64,000 bases of DNA from a virus (taxonomy: Duplodnaviria; Heunggongvirae; Uroviricota; Caudoviricetes). Where the stretch lies: IMG/VR virus record IMGVR_UViG_3300028577_000006; one strand, written 5' to 3'. Shown here in pieces: positions 9,429 to 17,356 of the stretch (position 1 is the first letter of the stretch; each line of letters starts with the position of its first letter). The notes below the pieces were generated by a model. That model was not told the DNA's origin. It searched no databases and was given only the letters and a program-made list of their open reading frames with translations. Made by a program: the position numbers and the translations under genes.

Positions 9429-9841
9429 GACCTTCTCCTGCGACGACGACGACCGTTTGCGGTCGACGGCGCTCTTTTGGGAGAGCGCATGGCCAGCATG
9501 ATGATTCCGAAGAGCACTACCGCGCCTCCGATCGCCAGATACACCGGCGCATTGCTCGACTGCGACATCGGCACCTGGGACGCCTGAAACCATCCGGGCT
9601 GCGTGCTTGCAGCAAACGATGCGTTGATGTCCTTCTGTGGAGTGATCGACGCCGATGGGATGCCGCTCTTCGTTCCAGACGCAGGGGCGCCACTCGTCGT
9701 CGGCTGAGCCAGCTGCGAGATCGCTCCGTCGATGTCCAGCTGCTGCGCGGGCGTAGACGAGATCGTGACCTGGCCAAAGCCATGCCCGCCATGATGCTGG
9801 GCGCGCAGAGATCCAGCGCGCGCTGTCGGCTTGTAGCTCAC
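9425..9841 (-). CDS. Small membrane protein with basic tail
   Basis: GTG start at 9841 (MSYKPTARAG...HGFGQ); TM VYLAIGGAVVLFGIIMLAM; tail STANGRRRRRRRS. Confidence 0.75.
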   Translation of the reverse strand: MSYKPTARAGSLRAQHHGGHGFGQVTISSTPAQQLDIDGAISQLAQPTTSGAPASGTKSGIPSASITPQKDINASFAASTQPGWFQASQVPMSQSSNAPVYLAIGGAVVLFGIIMLAMRSPKRAPSTANGRRRRRRRS

Positions 9842-10179
9842 CTGGACCTCTTCCTGCGACGACCGTTGCGCCTCGCAGCAGCGGGCTTGCCGAAGCCTTG
9901 TGCGAGCGCGATGGGGAGACCGAGCGGCCAGAACGCGCCGCCGACGATGCCCCAAACGAGCGCCCAGCCGATGGACTGATTGCGCTTGTAACCGTGGTAC
10001 GCGAGAGCAACGACCGAAGCCGTACCCGCAACGTACATCGCGGTGCGCACCGGCTGCGAGATGGTCAGAGCCGTGCTCGTGGACGTCGTCGCCACCGGCG
10101 TAGCCGGTGCCGCCTGCTGTCCAAGGCCTGCCGCCGCGAAGAGCCCGCCGCCCGGCCCGTAATAACCCATGCCCTGCAT
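9838..10179 (-). CDS. Small multi-TM membrane protein with basic tail
   Basis: MQGMG...AAGLGQ; two hydrophobic segments; tail AARRNGRRRKRSR. Confidence 0.75.
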   Translation of the reverse strand: MQGMGYYGPGGGLFAAAGLGQQAAPATPVATTSTSTALTISQPVRTAMYVAGTASVVALAYHGYKRNQSIGWALVWGIVGGAFWPLGLPIALAQGFGKPAAARRNGRRRKRSR

Positions 10180-10201
10180 GTCGATTGCTCGCTTTCTTCT
10201 C

Positions 10202-10816
10202 TCAGAAGGATTGGACGTCGAAGTTCGAGTACTGCTTGACGCGCTTCAGCATGCTCGCCGTGCGACGTCCGGCGACCGGATCGAGTACCCACCAGGTCTT
10301 GGTGCGCGGGTCCTGTGCCGTCGCGAACACGTGCGTGTGTACCTTCGGCTCACCGGGCCAGCGCGGCGAAAATCCGACTGTCACGAAGCGGACTGGCGCA
10401 CCGATGCAAAGACACGTCGTGCCGATCGCGAGAGCAAGGTCGTCGCAATCGAACGCACCACGACCCGAAAGCGCGTCATCGAGAAGGCGCTCTGGATCGC
10501 GAATCATCTCGACGTGTACGGGGTCGCGCGTGTACCTGCCGGCGTTTCCCCACCAACGACAGATCGAGACGACCTCCGAAACGTAGTCCTTCGGTCGTAC
10601 GTTGCAGATGATCTGCTCAGCGTGGCGGCGCACCTTGAACGAGCGCTCGCCACGATCACCCAGTGCAAGCTGGATCATCTTCGCAACCGTGTGGTCAGTG
10701 CCACGATACGGTTCGAGAGTGCCTACGGCGTTGTTGTACGCCGGTGAATAAACGCTTGCGCGGAGCATCGGCTGTTTTTTTAGCCGTACCCGAAGCGCCC
10801 GGAAGGAGTCTCGCAC
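10202..10816 (-). CDS. Transglutaminase-like cysteine protease (Cys-His-Asp triad)
   Basis: RYTRDP...GAFDCDDLA...VRFVTVGF...HTHVF...WWVLDPV matches the transglutaminase-like core. Start uncertain (10816 or 10768). Confidence 0.8.
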   Translation of the reverse strand: MRDSFRALRVRLKKQPMLRASVYSPAYNNAVGTLEPYRGTDHTVAKMIQLALGDRGERSFKVRRHAEQIICNVRPKDYVSEVVSICRWWGNAGRYTRDPVHVEMIRDPERLLDDALSGRGAFDCDDLALAIGTTCLCIGAPVRFVTVGFSPRWPGEPKVHTHVFATAQDPRTKTWWVLDPVAGRRTASMLKRVKQYSNFDVQSF

Positions 10817-10847
10817 GACATGTGGGCTCCGTGCAAGTGCTCGGGCG

Positions 10848-11183
10848 CTATCGTCGGGTCGACAGCTTCAGGCCATTGCGGACCATGACCTTCGGCAACG
10901 CATCTCTGGATACAATCGCGGGCCGGGCACTCGTACGCTCCACGCGCACGTCGACCACTTCGCGACCACGCACGACCTTCACAAGGGCAAATGCGTCTCC
11001 GGGGACAACGCCGACGCGCTGAAACGCCGCCACCGCACCGGGTGGCAGCGTTCCAAGCTCTCCGTCGATCCAGCGCACGTTCAACCTTGGCTGCAAGGTG
11101 AGCAGCTGGCCTACTCGGCGCTCCATCGTCTCCCTTTTGGGCTGCGGTAGAGTCCTGTAGTTGCCGATGTTCTTCGGATTCAC
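10848..11183 (-). CDS. Hypothetical protein
   Basis: 111 aa ORF co-oriented within the operon. Confidence 0.55.
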   Translation of the reverse strand: MNPKNIGNYRTLPQPKRETMERRVGQLLTLQPRLNVRWIDGELGTLPPGAVAAFQRVGVVPGDAFALVKVVRGREVVDVRVERTSARPAIVSRDALPKVMVRNGLKLSTRR

Positions 11184-11194
11184 GGAACCGAAGA

Positions 11195-13828
11195 CTACTC
11201 GCTCTCGTCTTCGCGCGCGAGTTCCTCACGGAGCAGTGCCATCGACGCACGCACGAACTGCTGGCCGCCGGGCGAGACTCCGGCGCTTCGCGGCTCGACG
11301 GCTGCGATGCCCGCCAAGATCTCCTGATCGCTCTTGGCGGCCAGGCCCTCCAAGATCGCAGTCGGATAGTCGCCGTCCATGATCTTGTCCACGAAGTCCT
11401 CGGGCTCATCGCCCGACACCACTGCTTCGTGAATCATCTTGGCGACCATCTGCGCGATCTGCTTCTCGATGGCGTTCATCGGGACCTTCTCCGGGCGTGC
11501 GGCGCCTGCGGCCTGCGGCGCCTGCGGCTGTTGTGGTGCGCCCTGCGGCAGTTGCTGCTGAGGCGGCTGCTGCTGAGCAGGCGCTTGTGGTTTAGCCTGT
11601 GAGGGCTTTCCCGCAAAGGGACCAGGCTTCTTCTCCCACGGCGGGATCGGATGCGGAAGTCCTTCGGCGAGATTCGGAAGCGGATCGAAGTTGGCTGAGC
11701 CGCCGCGCTTGCGACGAACGGGCGCCGGGCGCGGATCGCCATGCACCATGCCACCCGGTGGCATCGGCTGGCGCGGAGCTGGCGCCGGCTGCCTTGGCTT
11801 CGGTTCGCCCGCCGGAAGCAGACGAGCTGGCGCTGGAGCCGCGCCGACCGGCGTCAGCCGGGGGCCGTGCTCGGTCTGCACAACCATCATCGGTCCCATG
11901 GGCGTTTCGACCATCTGACCCGGAACCATGCCGCCGCCCTGCTGCTGTGGCGCGGCCGGTCCGCGCACGAGGCTGCCCAAGGCGGTCAGAAGCTCTGGAC
12001 CGCGCTCTGCGATCGTCTGCACGACTTCGTTCACGTCCAGGCCGGACCCAGAGAGGCCGATTCCAGACGACGAACTCGAAGACGAGGAAGACGCGACGGG
12101 CGTGTTCTCGACCAGGCCCAGGCCGTGTTGCGCCGCTTCACGGAACTCGCGGAAGCGAGCCATCTGCGCAACCGGATCGTGCGTGTCCTGGAGCTTGCTG
12201 CGGACTTCGCCGATCTCACGCACCTTGGTGTCGATCTCCTGTTGAAGCCAACGCACGCGCTCGGCGTGATTGGTCTCGATCATGGAGATGCGCGCCTCGT
12301 ACTGCTGCTTGATGCGCTCTTCGGCCTGATCTTGCCTGTCCTTCGCTGCCTGATCGCGCTCGTTCTGCTGATCGCGAGCACGATCTTGATCGCGCCGACG
12401 CTCGTCGCGCTCGTTCTTGATCTGCTCTTCGAAGCGCTGCTCTCGGTGCTTCCAAGACTCCCGCTCCGACTGAAGCTCTCGCGCACCAGCCTCACGAAGA
12501 GACGCGATCTCGCGATCGTGTGCAGCGCGTTCCATTCGCAGCTGCTCTTCCTGGCGAGCATCACGCGTCGTCTGTTGCTCGCGAAGCGCGGCGATCTCCC
12601 GCGAGTTGGCTTCGCGCGTCGCCGCGATTTCCCGCTCGTGCCCCGAGCGAAGGCTTTCGATCATCGACTGCTGCTGCTGACGCATGGCGTCCATCTCAGC
12701 ACGATGCTTCTCCGCCGACTGATCGATCACCTTGCCCGCAAGCTCCAGCTCGCCCCGCTGTGGCGGCTGCGGAGGAGGAGGCGGCGGCGGCTGAGGCATC
12801 GCCGACATGAGTTCGCGGAACTCGGACGCCAGGCTGGGACGATTGTTCTCCATCTCGTGAACCTTCCGCAGCTGCTCTTCCAAACTTCGCCGCTGATCTT
12901 CGACCGACTTCTCCAGCAGGCGGTAGCGCTCTTCGGCTCGCTCACGCTCCATCGCCAGGCGATCTTCCATCGCCTTCTTCTCCGCATCGAAGCGCTCTTG
13001 CGTGAGGCGCGTGACGTCGTTGGCCCGACGCTGCTCTGCCTCGATGATCGGCTGCGCAAGCTGTCGCGCTTCCTGGATGCCGACGTCAGCGCGGTCTTCT
13101 GCGCGCTCCGTCCGAGCACGCTCCGACACGATGACCTCTTTGAGCGCGCCCAGCGTGCTCTCGACGATCTTCGGGTCTTCTCGTGGCGACGAAGGAGGCA
13201 TCATCATCGTGGGGAAAGACGCTGCGGCAGATGCTCCGCCATCCTTGGCGTCCATCGTCTGCTGCGCGCGCGAAACACGATGCATCTTTGGCTCGCCCTG
13301 GATGTTCACGCGCACCGACTCGTAGTGCTGCGTGCCGATGTTCGTGCCGGACTTGGGCCCCACAACGCGCACGAGATATTCGCCGCCGCCGTACTCGTTC
13401 GAGATGAACGCTTCGTCGATCGGCTGGTCGTAGTCGTCGAGAAACCCGTCAGCCTTTCGTCCTCCGAAGAAGATCTTCGGCCACGTGCGATGGACCTGAA
13501 GCCTGAACTCGGGCCGCTGACCGATGCTGTACTTCGAGACCAGGTCTCCAAGCATCTTGACGTTCTCGACCGGCTTCGGCAGGTCTGGAACCACCGTGTG
13601 AAGCGCTTCCAGCTGCTCCAGCGTGATCGGCTTCAGGTCGTTCCTGTCCGCCTTCTCGGTCCGCGCTGACGCCATAGGAGACGGCATCTCGGCATCGTCG
13701 ACCTTGGACTCTTCGCCGTCGCCGTCGCTGTCGATGGCACGGGCCGCCGGCTTCTTCTTGCCGGCGCCACGCCTGTTCACGACGTTCTCGACGATCTTGT
13801 CGACCTCGTCCTCAGCCGCCTCAGACAC
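11195..13828 (-). CDS. 877 aa coiled-coil and Pro/Gln-rich protein; possible scaffold or membrane-assembly factor
   Basis: Long E/R/Q heptad-like central region, Pro-rich linkers, N-terminal VHRTWPKI...GGGEY domain. Confidence 0.85.
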   Translation of the reverse strand: MSEAAEDEVDKIVENVVNRRGAGKKKPAARAIDSDGDGEESKVDDAEMPSPMASARTEKADRNDLKPITLEQLEALHTVVPDLPKPVENVKMLGDLVSKYSIGQRPEFRLQVHRTWPKIFFGGRKADGFLDDYDQPIDEAFISNEYGGGEYLVRVVGPKSGTNIGTQHYESVRVNIQGEPKMHRVSRAQQTMDAKDGGASAAASFPTMMMPPSSPREDPKIVESTLGALKEVIVSERARTERAEDRADVGIQEARQLAQPIIEAEQRRANDVTRLTQERFDAEKKAMEDRLAMERERAEERYRLLEKSVEDQRRSLEEQLRKVHEMENNRPSLASEFRELMSAMPQPPPPPPPQPPQRGELELAGKVIDQSAEKHRAEMDAMRQQQQSMIESLRSGHEREIAATREANSREIAALREQQTTRDARQEEQLRMERAAHDREIASLREAGARELQSERESWKHREQRFEEQIKNERDERRRDQDRARDQQNERDQAAKDRQDQAEERIKQQYEARISMIETNHAERVRWLQQEIDTKVREIGEVRSKLQDTHDPVAQMARFREFREAAQHGLGLVENTPVASSSSSSSSSGIGLSGSGLDVNEVVQTIAERGPELLTALGSLVRGPAAPQQQGGGMVPGQMVETPMGPMMVVQTEHGPRLTPVGAAPAPARLLPAGEPKPRQPAPAPRQPMPPGGMVHGDPRPAPVRRKRGGSANFDPLPNLAEGLPHPIPPWEKKPGPFAGKPSQAKPQAPAQQQPPQQQLPQGAPQQPQAPQAAGAARPEKVPMNAIEKQIAQMVAKMIHEAVVSGDEPEDFVDKIMDGDYPTAILEGLAAKSDQEILAGIAAVEPRSAGVSPGGQQFVRASMALLREELAREDESE

Positions 13829-14462
13829 TCGGCGTACCGTCGGGCTTCTTGTCCGCCGCCGACGCCTCCGTCTCTGCCGCCTCCGACGCCGCGCCTTCTT
13901 CAGGCTCCTCGTCTTCGTCGCCGTCCTCGTCCTCGTCCTCGTCGTCCTCGTCGTCCTCGTAGTCGTCGTCTTCGTCCTCGTACGTGGTCATCTCTTCGAG
14001 GAGGATGTCGATCTGTTGCGAGACCGCTCCGTAGGCCTTCATGACCTCCTGATCCTCTGGCAGCTTCTTGGTCAGCAGAGCGCCGAGCGCGTGCATCGCG
14101 GCCACGATGGCCTGCACGGTTTCCATGGAGGCGCCGCCATCGTCGCCCTCGTCGTCGCCGATGTAGTCGTTCACCGTGCGACGGAGGCGATGGATGTCTT
14201 CGGCGTTGCTCGCTGCGAGCGCGTACGTGTCGTTGAGCGCTGGCCCGAAGATCTCGATGATCTGCACCATCTGCGGATACAGGAACTGCGCCACGAACTG
14301 CCGCAGCTGTTCCGGATCTGCGAACACCGGCTTGCCGCCGTTGCCCTTGTCCTTCAGCAGCTTCTTGCGCGAGCCCTGAAGGTCGCTCCGGAACTTCGCC
14401 AACATGGGCGCAAGCGGAACTTCGGTGGGCTGCTCGATCGACGTGCTCTCGTTTTCGCTCAT
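13821..14462 (-). CDS. Highly acidic protein with Asp/Glu-rich tail
   Basis: 213 aa ending in EDEDDDYEDDEDDEDEDEDGDEDEEPEE; overlaps both neighbours. Confidence 0.8.
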   Translation of the reverse strand: MSENESTSIEQPTEVPLAPMLAKFRSDLQGSRKKLLKDKGNGGKPVFADPEQLRQFVAQFLYPQMVQIIEIFGPALNDTYALAASNAEDIHRLRRTVNDYIGDDEGDDGGASMETVQAIVAAMHALGALLTKKLPEDQEVMKAYGAVSQQIDILLEEMTTYEDEDDDYEDDEDDEDEDEDGDEDEEPEEGAASEAAETEASAADKKPDGTPSV

Positions 14463-15022
14463 GTGCTCTCCTGCTGGTTCAACGCCTCTTCGACGTCGAT
14501 CTCGCCATAGTCACGGGCAGCTTCACGGGACTGCTGCTCCTGCCTGTTCTCGAAGTCGTCGATCATCTTCACCGACGCCGGATCCCGGCGCGCGTGCTCC
14601 TCGTCGCTGACCGACTCGCGCAAGTAGCAGGCGAAGATGGACGTCTCACCGATCTTCATCAGCTCGCTCTGGGACGCGAGACGCAGGCAGAATCGGTGGA
14701 TCTGCTGCGGTGCCGTGAAGCCCGCGATCTTGCCCTCGGCCTCGGTGAGCATCGGCGCGTAGTAGCGGCACGGCCGGCGGCCGGTCGCAACATCGCCCTT
14801 GCACACCAGCGTACGAGGGCTCACCCAAGACTTGGGACCGGGGTCTTCAGTCACGATTTGAACTCCCTGCCCAGGCGGCCCTTCCACCACGGCGAGCGCT
14901 CCGAACTCCACGTGTGCACCAAGCGGATCCGCAGGCATCGGTACCTGAAAATCACGCTCGGACACGCCAACCGTAGGTTTGCCGTCGTCCCCGGTAACGG
15001 GGATCTCGTCTGAAGCGCCCAT
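14459..15022 (-). CDS. Hypothetical protein, first gene of the leftward operon
   Basis: 187 aa ORF with high GC3 and ATGA overlap with the next gene. Confidence 0.7.
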   Translation of the reverse strand: MGASDEIPVTGDDGKPTVGVSERDFQVPMPADPLGAHVEFGALAVVEGPPGQGVQIVTEDPGPKSWVSPRTLVCKGDVATGRRPCRYYAPMLTEAEGKIAGFTAPQQIHRFCLRLASQSELMKIGETSIFACYLRESVSDEEHARRDPASVKMIDDFENRQEQQSREAARDYGEIDVEEALNQQEST

Positions 15023-15310
15023 GGACCGGACGCTAACTACCCAGCTTTCCCACTACAAGAGTCTGGAAGCCTAAATCGATTTATCATGCCTTGGAGTACA
15101 GCGAAGCTTCGTTCGGTCCTGGAAGTCGCGCCTGCCGAGGCCAGACCACGTCCCCGGACAGGTGCCATACGGGCCTCTCGGATGCAGGGACCTGTCGCCG
15201 GAGACAGCGTGAGCCGAGCCGACCACCGATCAATCCGAGCCGCACTCGCGCCAACCAGGTTTCACCTACCGAAAAACACAAGCGTTTTTCATTACTTACG
15301 CACTAGTCGG

Positions 15311-15338
15311 TTGACGCCTGTATGGTCGCTGTTAGAGT
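15311..15338 (+). promoter_or_regulatory. sigma70-like promoter for the rightward early genes
   Basis: TTGACG-N16-TAGAGT upstream of GGGAG and GTG at 15384. Confidence 0.6.
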
Positions 15339-15383
15339 GTCTTTCGAGCCGGCAAACAAGCCTGGCCGCTGGGAGATAGACCC

Positions 15384-15719
15384 GTGAGCAAGATCGAATC
15401 GGACATGGCCCTGGCAGCCGTCTTGGCCCGCTACATCCCGAAGAATCACAGCCCCCTGTTCATCGCGAACCTGGCGCTCCTCGTGTCCAGGGACGCGGAC
15501 GGCCTGCATCGGCTCGCCGAACACGAGTGCAGCCGCGGCCTCATCGATCGGGAGAAATCACGCGTCGCGCTCCTGGAGACACGCATCTCGGCCTCGCTTC
15601 ATCCCTACGGCGTGACGGCCACCTTCGGCGGCGACCCCCGCGGCAGCGTGGTCAAGCTCAAGTTTCCCAACGGGGAGACGTTCGGCGACTTCGGTGGCGA
15701 AGGCCTGTGGTGCCTCTGA
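15384..15719 (+). CDS. Hypothetical protein
   Basis: 111 aa, SD GGGAG, high GC3. Confidence 0.7.
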   Translation: MSKIESDMALAAVLARYIPKNHSPLFIANLALLVSRDADGLHRLAEHECSRGLIDREKSRVALLETRISASLHPYGVTATFGGDPRGSVVKLKFPNGETFGDFGGEGLWCL

Positions 15720-16024
15720 TGCGCCGCAACCTCCACCAAATCGCCAAGGCGATCAACGAAACGCCGAAGCTCGGCCTCATCGCGACGTCAGCCAAAAGCT
15801 CGTCGAGCACCGACAGCAAGGTCGCCGGCACACGCTTCCGGCGCCAAGGCAAGGGCCGCAAGGGCGTGCGGCTTGTGGTCAAGCTCGTGAAGACGGGCGA
15901 GGTCGTCTGTGATCACGACTCGTCGCAGACGTACCGCACCAACGACGAGGTGGAGCGCTGGCTCGAAAAGTGGGCCAAGGGCGATCGGTGGCACAAGAAC
16001 TACAGCCGGAAGATCGGCAAGTGA
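15719..16024 (+). CDS. Hypothetical basic protein
   Basis: ATG overlaps the upstream TGA (TGATG); MRRNLHQIAKAINE... Confidence 0.65.
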   Translation: MRRNLHQIAKAINETPKLGLIATSAKSSSSTDSKVAGTRFRRQGKGRKGVRLVVKLVKTGEVVCDHDSSQTYRTNDEVERWLEKWAKGDRWHKNYSRKIGK

Positions 16025-16422
16025 CCACCGCCGCCAAGGTCGTCCGCGAAGCCAACAGGCAGATCGAATCCGCGCGCAAGCGCTTCGACCACGACATCGC
16101 AGAGCTTGCCGCCCACGTGCGCACCGAGCACATCGTCCCGCTTTGCCGCGAGTTTGACTGCGAGTTCTTTTCTGGCAACGGCACCTTCTTCTTCTCGTTC
16201 GGCAAGCGCGATCGGCATGGGCTGGCCGACCTCTGCATCGGCAACGCCGCCGACGAGGTGCACCTGGCCCCGAAGAAGATGCAGAAGCGTCTTCGGATGA
16301 TCATGTAGATCCTCGACATCGAGACGGAGCACAACGGCTGTGTCGGCTACGCCGTGGCCGACGTCCTTCGAGAGACCGCCGAGGAAGAAGCAGCTCGCTG
16401 GTTGACACGTCGTAAGCCGTAG
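16021..16422 (+). pseudogene. Hypothetical protein interrupted by an in-frame TAG at 16306-16308
   Basis: Frame continues after the TAG as ILDIETEHNGCVGYAVADVLRE... with high GC3 to a TAG at 16420. Confidence 0.5.
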
Positions 16423-16437
16423 CTATAGTGTCTGACA
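16402..16437 (+). promoter_or_regulatory. sigma70-like promoter with overlapping TGTC-N-GACA operator
   Basis: TTGACA-N16-TATAGT; TGTCTGACA at 16429-16437. Confidence 0.75.
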
Positions 16438-16475
16438 CACGAGTCGCCTCACACGGCGGCCGGGAGGAACGGAAG

Positions 16476-16880
16476 ATGAGTGAACGGAGTCACAGGCAGT
16501 TGCTCGGCGGCATGCGCGATCTCGCGCTGGTGAAACTTCGCAAAGCGCACCAGGTCATGACCGACAACGCTGGCATGAGCGAAGGCATGCGAGCGCACCT
16601 TCGAGCCGAGTACGAGGGCGTGCGCGGCTACGTAGACGCGCTCAACGACGCGATCAACAAGATCGATGGCGTCGATGGCGGTGGTCAGCGTGACGCGGAG
16701 CGGCGCGAGATCGAACGCCAGGTGCTGGCGCTCGGCGACACACCGGAGCAGCGCGTCGAAGCTGCCCACCTCGCGCTCGGCGACGCCGTGCTGGCATGCC
16801 TCGACGAGTGCCCGCGCGACGTTCAGGACGCAGTCAAGGTCTGGCGCGCGGCCAGTGAAGCGCTCGCGAGGGCAGCATGA
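16476..16880 (+). CDS. Hypothetical helical protein
   Basis: ATG after GGGAGG; ATGA overlap with the next gene. Confidence 0.7.
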   Translation: MSERSHRQLLGGMRDLALVKLRKAHQVMTDNAGMSEGMRAHLRAEYEGVRGYVDALNDAINKIDGVDGGGQRDAERREIERQVLALGDTPEQRVEAAHLALGDAVLACLDECPRDVQDAVKVWRAASEALARAA

Positions 16881-17356
16881 AGACCAGCGTCAAGTCGCAG
16901 GCGCTGAGCAAGCTCGTGCAGAGCGCTGCGTTCCTTGCGGCGCTCGACAACCCCGTGCTGCGCGCCATTGCGCAGAGTCACGAGCACTATGTCGTCACGG
17001 CCAATGGTCTGGCCATGACCGAGTTCAGACTCACGCCGACCGGCTTCTGCTTCTTCGTCGCGGGCAAGCATGCGCGCGGACACGTCGTGTGGGACATCGA
17101 ACGGTGGCAGCGGGAGAGCTTCGTACACACGGCCGTGGAAACGCGCATCTTCGAATCTGCGGGGCGCGTGGACTACGCGAGTGCCCAAGAGGCCGGCCAC
17201 GAGATCGCACACGTCGGCGAGGTGCTCCAGTACATCAGAAGCGTCATCCACACGACGCTTGACATCGACGACGACGGGGTGCTTGCCGAGTGGCTGCGCC
17301 AGGCACATGCAGAATGGGCTCGGGTCTGGATCGATGCGTCGAGGGGGGTATCGTGA
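16877..17356 (+). CDS. Hypothetical protein
   Basis: 159 aa ORF in a translationally coupled run. Confidence 0.7.
   Translation: MKTSVKSQALSKLVQSAAFLAALDNPVLRAIAQSHEHYVVTANGLAMTEFRLTPTGFCFFVAGKHARGHVVWDIERWQRESFVHTAVETRIFESAGRVDYASAQEAGHEIAHVGEVLQYIRSVIHTTLDIDDDGVLAEWLRQAHAEWARVWIDASRGVS

Noticed and set aside
8620-9841. Basic leader plus Gly read as a type IV prepilin (class III) signal
   Set aside because: No hydrophobic helix or Glu+5 follows the Gly
648-10179. TM plus basic tail read as an LPXTG, PEP-CTERM or MYXO-CTERM sorting signal
   Set aside because: No conserved motif directly before the TM, no N-terminal signal peptides, no sortase or exosortase gene, and the tail also occurs on soluble proteins
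13900-13985. GTC/CTC trinucleotide-like repeat as a DNA-level element
   Set aside because: Fully explained by the Asp/Glu tract encoded on the minus strand
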